From a virus (taxonomy: Duplodnaviria; Caudoviricetes), in IMG/VR virus record IMGVR_UViG_3300048861_000274, positions 1-40,682 of that record: a stretch of DNA of 40,682 nucleotides, one strand, 5' to 3'. How positions within the stretch are numbered: the stretch's first letter is position 1; the number at the start of each line of letters is the position of its first letter. This document shows positions 25,686 to 33,820 of this stretch, piece by piece. The position numbers were made by a program, and so were the translations under genes. Below the pieces are notes generated by a model, which worked only from the letters and a program-made list of their open reading frames with translations, did not search any database and was not told the origin of the DNA.

Positions 25686-26822
25686 ATGACTGACCTTCAG
25701 ACCAAGAATTTCAACACGCTGGTCAGCGAGCAGGTCGCGACGATTCAGGGCGGTGCCTCGGCGCTCGTCGACTTCACGATCGGCTCGATCCTCCGCGCCA
25801 TCGTGGAGGCCTATGCGGCCGTCGCGCTGTGGCTTCAGGGCCTGATCCTTCAGGTGCTGGCACTGACCCGTGCGGCGACGTCGAGTGGATCGGATCTGGA
25901 TAGCTGGGTCGCAGACTTCGGCCTGACCCGACTGCCGGCGGCGTTTGCCAGCGGGCAAGTGACCTTCTCCCGGTTCACCTCGACGTTGCAGGCCGTCGTG
26001 CCCATCGGGGCGATCGTGCAGACGGCGGACGGATCTCAGCAGTATGCGGTGACGGTCGACACGACCAACGCCGCCTACAGCGCCTCGCAGGGCGGCTACG
26101 TGATCCCGGCTGGCACGCCCTCGGTCATCGTGCCCGTGCAGGCTCTTACGGCTGGCACGGGGGCGAATGCAGCAGCTGGCGGCATCAACACGCTCGGGCA
26201 GGCGATCGCAGGCGTCGATACCGTGTCGAACGCATCGCCCTTCGAGAACGGCCAGAATGCCGAGAGCGATGCGGCGCTCCGGACGCGGTTCATCAACTAT
26301 CTGGCCAGCCTGTCGAAAGCGACCAAGGCTGCTGTCGGCTATGCCATCTCCTCGGTCCAGACCGGGCTGACCTATCAGCTCGTCGAGAACGAGAATTTCG
26401 ACGGCACCGCGCACATCGGCTTTTTCTACGTCGTGATCGACGATGGCAGCGGCGATCCGTCAGACGCTCTCGTCGCTGCGGTTTATGCCGCTATCGACGC
26501 CGTCCGCCCGGTCAGCGTCAACTTCGCGGTGTTCAAGCCGACGGTCGAGACCGCAAACGTCGTGATGACCGTCAAACTGGCGGCCGGGTACGACATCTAT
26601 ACGACCCCGGCGCTGGTTCAGGCCGCGATCACGAACTTCATCGACAGCCAGCCGCTCGGCACCACGCTGGCTTGGTCGCGCCTGATCCAGATCGCCTATG
26701 ACGCCTCGCCCGGCGTGATCGGCGTCTCGAATTACACGCTGAATGGCGGAACGTCGGATCTCACCGCCAGCGCCAATCAGGTGATCAAGTCGGGGACCAT
26801 CACCGTCGCCGGGACGTTCTGA
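25686..26822 (+). CDS. Baseplate J/gp47-family protein
   Basis: GSDLDSW..FGLTR.PA..ASGQVTF, G.NAESDAALRTR. Confidence 0.94.
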   Translation: MTDLQTKNFNTLVSEQVATIQGGASALVDFTIGSILRAIVEAYAAVALWLQGLILQVLALTRAATSSGSDLDSWVADFGLTRLPAAFASGQVTFSRFTSTLQAVVPIGAIVQTADGSQQYAVTVDTTNAAYSASQGGYVIPAGTPSVIVPVQALTAGTGANAAAGGINTLGQAIAGVDTVSNASPFENGQNAESDAALRTRFINYLASLSKATKAAVGYAISSVQTGLTYQLVENENFDGTAHIGFFYVVIDDGSGDPSDALVAAVYAAIDAVRPVSVNFAVFKPTVETANVVMTVKLAAGYDIYTTPALVQAAITNFIDSQPLGTTLAWSRLIQIAYDASPGVIGVSNYTLNGGTSDLTASANQVIKSGTITVAGTF

Positions 26823-27586
26823 TGGCGACGGGCGACCAGAACGACCAGCAGAACCGGCTGCTCAGCATCATCCCGCCGTGGTTCGGAGACAGTTTCCCGC
26901 TCCTTTCGGCGATCCTGAACGCCTTCGCAGGCGTGCAGGCCTTCCTCTACGATCTGATCACCTTCGCCCGGATGCAGACGCGGATCGCTACCGCCAGTGG
27001 CGGCTGGCTCGATCTCATCGCGTATGACTTCTTCGGGGCCGGGCTGGTCCGCGGCATCAACCAGTCGGACGCTTCATTCCGCAACGCGATCCTGATCAAT
27101 CTCTTCCGGGAGCGCGGCACCCGCAACGCGATCGTCAAGGTCGTCACCGACCTGACCGGCACGGCACCTATCATCTTCGAGCCTTCCCGGATCCAGGACA
27201 CTGGCGGCTATGGCGCACCGGTCATGGGATATGGCGTGGCCGGTCGCTACGGCTCCTTCGCGCTGCCCTATCAGGCATTCATCACAGCCTTCCGACCGGC
27301 CAACAGCGGCATTCCGAACGTAGCCGGCTATGGGATTCCGACTGGCGCCTACCGCACACCATCGCGGGCTGAATACGCGTCGCTCGACATGATCTCGGGG
27401 CAGGTAGCGGACGCTGACATCTTCGCCGCGATCGATGCGGTGAAACCTGTTGGCACGATTATGTGGGTCCGGATCGGCAATGCTGCTCCGAACGTCGGCC
27501 CCGCGCCGCCGGCATCGCTGTTCCTGAATGGCGGCCAGCTTCTCCTGAACGGCGGCAACATCCGCATCGTGGGCTGGGCCCTCTGA
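26822..27586 (+). CDS. Baseplate wedge (gpI/gp48-like)
   Basis: TASGGWLDLIA.DFFG, SDASFR, AIDAVKPVGT. Confidence 0.82.
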   Translation: MATGDQNDQQNRLLSIIPPWFGDSFPLLSAILNAFAGVQAFLYDLITFARMQTRIATASGGWLDLIAYDFFGAGLVRGINQSDASFRNAILINLFRERGTRNAIVKVVTDLTGTAPIIFEPSRIQDTGGYGAPVMGYGVAGRYGSFALPYQAFITAFRPANSGIPNVAGYGIPTGAYRTPSRAEYASLDMISGQVADADIFAAIDAVKPVGTIMWVRIGNAAPNVGPAPPASLFLNGGQLLLNGGNIRIVGWAL

Positions 27587-27631
27587 TCTTTCCGGGCGCG
27601 CGCCCTCAATCTGACATTGCTGGAGAACTCA

Positions 27632-28879
27632 ATGGACCGCATGATCGTCTGGCCCGGCGCCATCCCGCTTGAGACTGACATCCTCAACACGAACCGGCAG
27701 GCCATGGTGTCGGTCGGTTCGCTGGCATCGGCACTGTTCGGCTCGACCGTGACGGTCAATGGACTGTTGGCCGCTCCGACCGCGCCGGCTTCGATGCAGG
27801 TGCAGGTCGGACCCGGCGAGATCTACAGCAAGCAGAACGTCGACAGCACGGCTTATAGCTCACTGCCGTCCGACACGGCGCACCAGACGGTCAAGCAGGG
27901 CATCCAGAACACGTCGATCCTGCTGAACTGCCCGGCTCCCGGCTCGGCGGGCCAGAGCATCAACTATCTGATCCAGGCCGCGTTCTCTGAGGTCGACACC
28001 AACTCGACCGTCTTGAACTATTACAACTCCAGCGACCCGACGACGCCCTACACCGGGCCGAACAATACCGGAGCCTCGCAGCCGACCACCCGCGCTGACA
28101 CTGTTGTGCTGTCGGCGAAGGCTGGCACCGCGGCGACGACCGGCTCACAGACCACGCCAGCGCCAGACGCCGGCTTCGTACCGCTCTGGGTCGTAACCGT
28201 AGCGTTCGGCGCCACGACCATCACGAGCGGGAACATCTCGCAGGCGCCCGGTGCCCCGGCGATGCCGGCGGCTGGCCTCGTTGGGGGCGTGCAGGGAGGT
28301 GGGTTTCAATACGCAGCGTCGACCGGCACCGCGAATGCGCTGGTTGCCTCGCTCAGCCCTCCTCCTGCCAGCCTGACCGTCGGCATGGAAGTGATCGTCA
28401 AGGCATCGGCGACGAACACCGGCGCCGCGACGCTCAACCTCAACGGCCTCGGCGCTTCGTCGATCACGTTCAACGGTGCTGCTCTGGCCGCTGGGGTGAT
28501 CAAGACCGGACAGCTGCACGCCCTCATCTGGGACGGCACCAACTGGCAGCTGAAGACGCCCAACGCCGATGGGATCATCGCGGCGGTCCTGACCGATCCC
28601 GGCTACGTGATCTACTCGAACGGCATGATCATGCAGTTCGGAAATGGAGCGCACACGGACAATACCGGCGGCCAGACGATAACCTTCCCTATCGCGTTCC
28701 CGAACCAGGTGATCACGGCGCAAGCCTCGAACACGGCAAGCGCTTTCCCGACCGCCTTTCATGGCACCGGAGCCTTCTCGACGACGGGGATGAAGGTGTT
28801 TTCTTCGACGGTATCGAGCGGCAGCATCACGGCGGCCGCGTCGGGCACGGCCTTCCGCTGGCTGGCGATCGGTAAGTGA
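27632..28879 (+). CDS. Tail fibre protein
   Basis: Follows wedge genes; NTGAATLNLNGLGA repeat; C-terminal GMIMQFG...ITFPIAFPN...WLAIGK domain. Confidence 0.85.
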   Translation: MDRMIVWPGAIPLETDILNTNRQAMVSVGSLASALFGSTVTVNGLLAAPTAPASMQVQVGPGEIYSKQNVDSTAYSSLPSDTAHQTVKQGIQNTSILLNCPAPGSAGQSINYLIQAAFSEVDTNSTVLNYYNSSDPTTPYTGPNNTGASQPTTRADTVVLSAKAGTAATTGSQTTPAPDAGFVPLWVVTVAFGATTITSGNISQAPGAPAMPAAGLVGGVQGGGFQYAASTGTANALVASLSPPPASLTVGMEVIVKASATNTGAATLNLNGLGASSITFNGAALAAGVIKTGQLHALIWDGTNWQLKTPNADGIIAAVLTDPGYVIYSNGMIMQFGNGAHTDNTGGQTITFPIAFPNQVITAQASNTASAFPTAFHGTGAFSTTGMKVFSSTVSSGSITAAASGTAFRWLAIGK

Positions 28880-28917
28880 TCCGGCCTTTGGCTCCCACCA
28901 GCGCATCGAGGTAGCCC

Positions 28918-29196
28918 ATGGCCGACGTTTTCTGGACACCGACGACGCCCGGCGTCGCGTCGTCAAGCTTCTCCACCGCCTACGTGGCAACCCGTGTCGC
29001 GGGCGCCGCGCTGGATGGCTCGCAGGACACGTTTGCGCAGGTCGCGATCGCAGCGATCGTGGCCTATGCCGTTGCGCAGATCTCTACCGGACAGATTCCT
29101 TTCACCGGCCTGCCAGACTTGGCCAACGGCGGCGCAATGCCGGCCGTCGGTTCCGGACTTCCTTATCTGAAAGCAGGAGTGCTCTGCATTGCGTAA
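28918..29196 (+). CDS. Small fibre-associated hypothetical protein
   Basis: GAGG RBS; overlaps next gene. Confidence 0.65.
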   Translation: MADVFWTPTTPGVASSSFSTAYVATRVAGAALDGSQDTFAQVAIAAIVAYAVAQISTGQIPFTGLPDLANGGAMPAVGSGLPYLKAGVLCIA

Positions 29197-30892
29197 CCTC
29201 ATGATCGCCCTGATGCTCATGCTCGGGCTCGTCTCGCCGGCTCTCGCCGGAGGCCCCAACTTCTCGAATAGCGGGGGCATCGGCAACGGCGCTTATACGC
29301 CAGCCGGATCCAGCGGAGAGCCGTGCGGTACCGGCGCAACGTGGTGCATCAATGGCGCGACCGGGGCAATTAACGGCGGAACGGTCGCGGTCGGGGGCGC
29401 CATTTCGGCTGGGTCGGTTACGGCTACGGGCGTAGGATCATTCGGATCGGTATCCGGCAATGCTTCGGCTGCCTCCGCGCTATCATCGGATAGCGGCGCG
29501 CTCGCCCGCGCGTTCTCGGATCGCCTTGTGGATCAGGTCTCGGTCAAGGATTTCTGCTCTGCTGCGATCTCCAGCAATAACGCAGAGAACCCATCGCTCG
29601 ATGCCACTCCATGCATCCAGGCTGCTGTCACCGCGATGTGCGCCCGAACCAATTTCGGCGGCCGGATCTTCATACCGGCCGGCAGCTATTACATCGCGGC
29701 CACGGTCAACGTCACCTGCTCCGGTCTGGATATCGCCGGCGCCGGGATCGGCGACCGATATGTCGCTTCTGGCACCCAGATCATCGCTGGCCATCGGACG
29801 GACACGAATCCGGTATTCCTTGCCAAGGTTACCGGCTTCACGAGCCAGGCCGGCGAGACGAACGCCCCTAGCCCCTCCATTTTCTCCAGCGGACTCGCCA
29901 TCCATGACATGGCGTTCGTCAATCAGGGGGCGAGCGTCGCCAATGGCCGCTCCGGCGCCATGATGGAACTCGATTTCTGGCAGCAGGCGTACGTCTACAA
30001 CATCAACGCCTACGCGGTTTGCACTGCGGCGAAGGTGTATGGAGGATTCTTTGTCAGCTTCAGCAACGTGATAGCGGACAATTTTCAGACCGGTTGCTCG
30101 ACGTTCGCCCTCTCTGGCGATGTGACAAAAAGCTATACCACGCTCGATGTTGTGTCCTTCGATCGCGTGAAGGTAAATGCCGGCGCGTCGGGCGCCTGTT
30201 ACGCGATTACCGATCGTGTCCAGACGGTGTGGTGGCGCAATACAACCTGTGAGACCTCTGGATTTGCGTTGCAATCGTCCTGCCCAACCATGACAAATGC
30301 GCTGTACTGTCCGGGATTTTTCACTCTTCAAGATTTTGAAGCGGAATATATGGGCACTGCGGGCGGGAACCTGATCGACATCAATGATCTCGTTGACGGC
30401 TTCAAAATGACGCAGTCGTGGCTGCGCGGATTCAACAGCGGCAACTTCGTAAATAATCTACTTAGCTTCCAGCAAAGTCGATTTACCACGACGGACTTGC
30501 TCACCGTCTCCATCAGCGACAGCTGGCTGAAGGGGTCCGGCGGAGACGCGCTTTATGTGAACGCACCCGGCGCCATGACGATTACCGGCAACCACATCTA
30601 TGGCGCCTCCCACTTCAACGCTGGCGCCTTCGGTGGAGTCACTCTGGACACGAAGGCGAAAGGTGTCTCGATCGTCAGCAACGTTTTCTGCGGGGGCGAC
30701 TGGCTGGCCGACGTCGGGAACCAGATGACCGGAATCCGGATTCTTGGGGTTTCCGACTACATCACCGTGACGGGCAACGTTTTCCAAGGCGACGTCTCGC
30801 CGCCGTCTGGGCAGCACAATGGCTGCTCGTCCGCGCTCTCGAACACGTCGAGCGGGACGCATACGACAGCTACGGGCAACGTTGGACCGTAA
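29189..30892 (+). CDS. Right-handed beta-helix tailspike/depolymerase-like protein with N-terminal signal peptide
   Basis: MRNLMIALMLMLGLVSPALA signal; VSVKDF, DATPCIQAAV, GGRIFIPAGSY pectate-lyase-3-like start; ITGNHI/IVSNVF/VTGNVF repeats. Confidence 0.82.
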   Translation: MRNLMIALMLMLGLVSPALAGGPNFSNSGGIGNGAYTPAGSSGEPCGTGATWCINGATGAINGGTVAVGGAISAGSVTATGVGSFGSVSGNASAASALSSDSGALARAFSDRLVDQVSVKDFCSAAISSNNAENPSLDATPCIQAAVTAMCARTNFGGRIFIPAGSYYIAATVNVTCSGLDIAGAGIGDRYVASGTQIIAGHRTDTNPVFLAKVTGFTSQAGETNAPSPSIFSSGLAIHDMAFVNQGASVANGRSGAMMELDFWQQAYVYNINAYAVCTAAKVYGGFFVSFSNVIADNFQTGCSTFALSGDVTKSYTTLDVVSFDRVKVNAGASGACYAITDRVQTVWWRNTTCETSGFALQSSCPTMTNALYCPGFFTLQDFEAEYMGTAGGNLIDINDLVDGFKMTQSWLRGFNSGNFVNNLLSFQQSRFTTTDLLTVSISDSWLKGSGGDALYVNAPGAMTITGNHIYGASHFNAGAFGGVTLDTKAKGVSIVSNVFCGGDWLADVGNQMTGIRILGVSDYITVTGNVFQGDVSPPSGQHNGCSSALSNTSSGTHTTATGNVGP

Positions 30893-30895
30893 GCG

Positions 30896-30933
30896 ATCGG
30901 GCAGGCAGGCAAATCTATCGCCTGCCGCCTGAT
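30896..30933. terminator. Stem-loop between convergent genes
   Basis: ATCGGGC-A-GGCAGGC ... GCCTGCC-GCCTGAT inverted repeat. Confidence 0.6.
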
Positions 30934-31703
30934 TAGCGAGATAGTGCCTGTTTTGCAGCCTCTACGACGGCCTCAAGATGGCGGACACGTTCTTCCAGAT
31001 CAGATATCCGACGCACGTGGCTGAAGTGAATAAAGTCGTCTGTGGGATATTTGAACGCACCCATGCGCTCGGGGTGCTCATTGGCGACATACCAACGGTT
31101 AAGGCCATCAAAGCCAACGAAGGTATAATCGGCAGCTAGCACCATGGGCTCCCATGCTTCATGGGTATGAACATGAACCTTCATTGGTTCTGTCGCCTCA
31201 ATGCACAGTATCCAGGGCCTGAACCGCTTAAAGTCCATTCCTCGAATCGCCTGTTCCTCGAAGCCCTCAACGTCAATTTTGAGGAAATGGATATTGGCCG
31301 GCGCATGCTGCTCGCAAATTTGCGTGAGGGTCAGGGCGTCAACCTCCACGCCCCGCTTCTCGACATTCCAGTCGCCGACATGGCGATCCGCGAACTCCTC
31401 AACGGCAGTTCCAAGGCCGCCCTCGGGGTGATCGTAGAGAGTAAGCTTTCCGGGCTTGTCCGACGCTGCGGCGTGGACGTTGATGTCACGCGGCCGTTCC
31501 TCCGAAAGGCGCTTGTGCCAATAGGGCGACGGCTCGACGTTGATGCCGTGCCATCCATGGTCATAGAACAGCTTTGTCACCGAATGCTCATCAGGCGCAT
31601 TGGCGCCGACGTCGATGTAAAACCCTTCGCTATGATGCACGCCATTCAAAGCGCGAAGCAATAAAATGTCTTCTCGTTGAATAGACCAACTTACTACTGC
31701 CAA
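30933..31703 (-). CDS. FkbM-family methyltransferase
   Basis: FYIDVGAN, GWHGINVEP, FLKIDVEGFE, FDGLNRWY, C-terminal coiled coil. Confidence 0.93.
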   Translation of the reverse strand: MAVVSWSIQREDILLLRALNGVHHSEGFYIDVGANAPDEHSVTKLFYDHGWHGINVEPSPYWHKRLSEERPRDINVHAAASDKPGKLTLYDHPEGGLGTAVEEFADRHVGDWNVEKRGVEVDALTLTQICEQHAPANIHFLKIDVEGFEEQAIRGMDFKRFRPWILCIEATEPMKVHVHTHEAWEPMVLAADYTFVGFDGLNRWYVANEHPERMGAFKYPTDDFIHFSHVRRISDLEERVRHLEAVVEAAKQALSR

Positions 31704-31727
31704 GATGTCCTCCGCCTTCTCTATGCG

Positions 31728-32015
31728 TCAATTTATCGACTTAGCTTGGTGGTTTTGATTGTTTGAATCCATCATCCGCAATATCTGCCGGTGGAGATCC
31801 TGGCCGAACCCGGACACGAATTTTAGTATTGCTGTTTGATCGATTACAAAACGAGGATCGCTGCTGATGATGGCCGCGACTGTCCGGCCAAGCGCACGGA
31901 CGGCGAGGGCGTTCGTTTCAAAAACGTCTGTCTTGCCACTTTCGGCTGTCACCCTTTGGATAGCGTCTTGTATGCAATTATCCAGGGCGGCATCGAAATC
32001 GGATATATCGTTCAT
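31728..32015 (-). CDS. Hypothetical protein
   Basis: ORF between the two methyltransferases; probable start MNDISDF. Confidence 0.55.
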   Translation of the reverse strand: MNDISDFDAALDNCIQDAIQRVTAESGKTDVFETNALAVRALGRTVAAIISSDPRFVIDQTAILKFVSGFGQDLHRQILRMMDSNNQNHQAKSIN

Positions 32016-32088
32016 GCGGTGCCTTATAGCTGCGCGGTCATCGCTGCGGCAAGAAAGGCCGGAGCGACAGCCATTCATGGAACCGATC

Positions 32089-33192
32089 TTATCCAGCCTT
32101 CCTAACGAGAATCCCGAAACACGTTGATGGGAATCCATCCAAGGCAACCTTTAGGGCCGGCGTTCCACCGAGGAATTGCTGGGTTTCTTGCGGCATATCG
32201 TGGATCCAAGGCGGAAGGTCGATAAACCGATCCATAGGCTTATCGCCGAGATCGTAGTTCAGCGGCGCCACATAGTGGCCGTTATCTCGCAGGTGCTGTG
32301 CCAGCGTGCCAAAATGCGCCCGCTGGAAGAGTACCGTAGGCCAGTTATCGATCGTTGCGCCATGGGGCTCGATGTTGAACTCAGTCGTGTGCACTGAGAG
32401 GCCGCCTGGCCTCAGTGTCGCCAAGCTATTCTCGATGAAGGCTATGCCGTTTCTGATTGATCCGAGATGCTCCAGCGCGCATACCGACCAACAGAAATCA
32501 TAGCCAGTCAGATCATCTGGGATCGCATTCATATCAACGTACCTAAGCGACACGAGCCTATCAAACTCATCGCGATTAATCATGTCCGGCATGAATGCTT
32601 GATCAAGGCTCGCGGCATGCTGATTAGTGGCAGCCCATCCGGCCGCCTGGGCTTCAGCCGCAGCTAGGTCAGTGACCGTCACTGACACCCCATTTTTGGC
32701 AAGGTAGCTTGGGATTGGCTCGGTTCCGCAACCAAATCCGAGGCCCCGTGCGCCTGCTCGGATGTGGCCGTTCTCGTGCATCGCCTGAAGGACATAGGCG
32801 AGCTCCCAGAGCTTCCGATGGAATATGACCGGAATGTTGAGCTGGGCACACCAATGTGCCAGCCAATCGCTTTCCATGTCGACCTGGGTAGAGGCCTTTG
32901 ACTGAAGGCCAACGAATCGCGGGGCCGTGTTCCTATGGAGAGGCATGGTTTCGGCCAGTTTTCGCGCTAGGTCGTAGCCGTAAAACTTCAGGTTCATGTT
33001 CGTGAGGTGCGTGTTACGCACCATGATATTGAGAGCACTCAAGTTTGGCTGCTGCTCAGCGTTCAGCCTAGACAGGGACAGGAGGGAGTGCACCTCTGCA
33101 AGAATCTCAGACTTGATTGAGGCGCGAAAAGATTCTCGTTCAGCCTCTATTTCTCGCGCCCGCTTCTGCCTACGATGCTTCGATCCGAACAA
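32089..33192 (-). CDS. Class I SAM-dependent methyltransferase
   Basis: HRKLWE, GLGFGCGTEP, VTVTDL, VDMN, CALEHLGS, LRPGGLSVHTTEF. Confidence 0.88.
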   Translation of the reverse strand: MFGSKHRRQKRAREIEAERESFRASIKSEILAEVHSLLSLSRLNAEQQPNLSALNIMVRNTHLTNMNLKFYGYDLARKLAETMPLHRNTAPRFVGLQSKASTQVDMESDWLAHWCAQLNIPVIFHRKLWELAYVLQAMHENGHIRAGARGLGFGCGTEPIPSYLAKNGVSVTVTDLAAAEAQAAGWAATNQHAASLDQAFMPDMINRDEFDRLVSLRYVDMNAIPDDLTGYDFCWSVCALEHLGSIRNGIAFIENSLATLRPGGLSVHTTEFNIEPHGATIDNWPTVLFQRAHFGTLAQHLRDNGHYVAPLNYDLGDKPMDRFIDLPPWIHDMPQETQQFLGGTPALKVALDGFPSTCFGILVRKAG

Positions 33193-33271
33193 GTGAACCC
33201 CCTACTACGAAACGCTTGCGCGGCTATGGACTGAGCCGATGGTGTAGGCAAGCATCGCGAATTTGCTGCAC

Positions 33272-33327
33272 TTCCCCCTGACCGGCAGAAATGCTATGCA
33301 GATATCTGACGTGGGCACTGCGCCCAT
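33272..33327 (+). promoter_or_regulatory. Putative late promoter element, copy 2
   Basis: CCGGCAGAAA at 33282-33291, GCTATGCA -10-like, GTGGGCACTGCGCCCA from 33311. Confidence 0.6.
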
Positions 33328-33332
33328 AGCTT

Positions 33333-33355
33333 AGGCGCCTCAACGGGCGCCTTTT
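33333..33355 (+). terminator. Intrinsic terminator after promoter copy 2
   Basis: AGGCGCCT-CAAC-GGGCGCCT then TTT. Confidence 0.78.
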
Positions 33356-33430
33356 CCGTATCCCGAGACCGCCGACGAAGCCGACACGGCATCGCGCGTC
33401 CGACGCGCATCCTAGACCCCGGAGACTGCC

Positions 33431-33820
33431 ATGAAAATGCCCGCTCGGGCAGCCTTCGCGCTGTCCGTTCTGCTCGCTTGCACGCCGGCTGCGGCGCAGT
33501 CGCTTGATCAGAGCGGCGGTGTGAACTCCTTCAAGGGTGCCGCTATCACCGGTACGTTGTCGGCAGCTGGCGCCTCGGCATCGGTCAAGGTCCGCGGCGA
33601 TTTCAACTTCAGCCTGTGGGGCACCTTCGCCGCGACGTGCGAGCTGGACCGAAGCTTCGATTCCGGCACGACATGGATCCAGCTGACGGCGATCGGATCT
33701 CCGTTCTCTTGGACGGCGCCGGCGACCGAGGTTCTGAACGAGCCGGAATCCGGCATCCTCTACCGGGTCAACTGCACCGCGGTGTCCTCCGGGACTGTGA
33801 ACTATCGGGTGTCGCAGTGA
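33431..33820 (+). CDS. Small beta-rich protein with signal peptide
   Basis: GGAG RBS; MKMPARAAFALSVLLACTPAAA/QS; RSFDSGTTW Asp-box-like motif. Confidence 0.78.
   Translation: MKMPARAAFALSVLLACTPAAAQSLDQSGGVNSFKGAAITGTLSAAGASASVKVRGDFNFSLWGTFAATCELDRSFDSGTTWIQLTAIGSPFSWTAPATEVLNEPESGILYRVNCTAVSSGTVNYRVSQ

Noticed and set aside
27632-30892. Diversity-generating retroelement or invertible tail-fibre switch
   Set aside because: No reverse transcriptase, invertase or template/variable repeat pair seen
32129-32165. GGAATCC...CCTTTAGGGC resembling an IS605 right end
   Set aside because: No proper stem, and it lies inside the methyltransferase coding sequence; likely chance
33431-33820. LLAC as a lipobox (o-spanin)
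   Set aside because: Imperfect lipobox, a better AAA/Q signal peptidase I site follows, and the body is beta-rich rather than spanin-like
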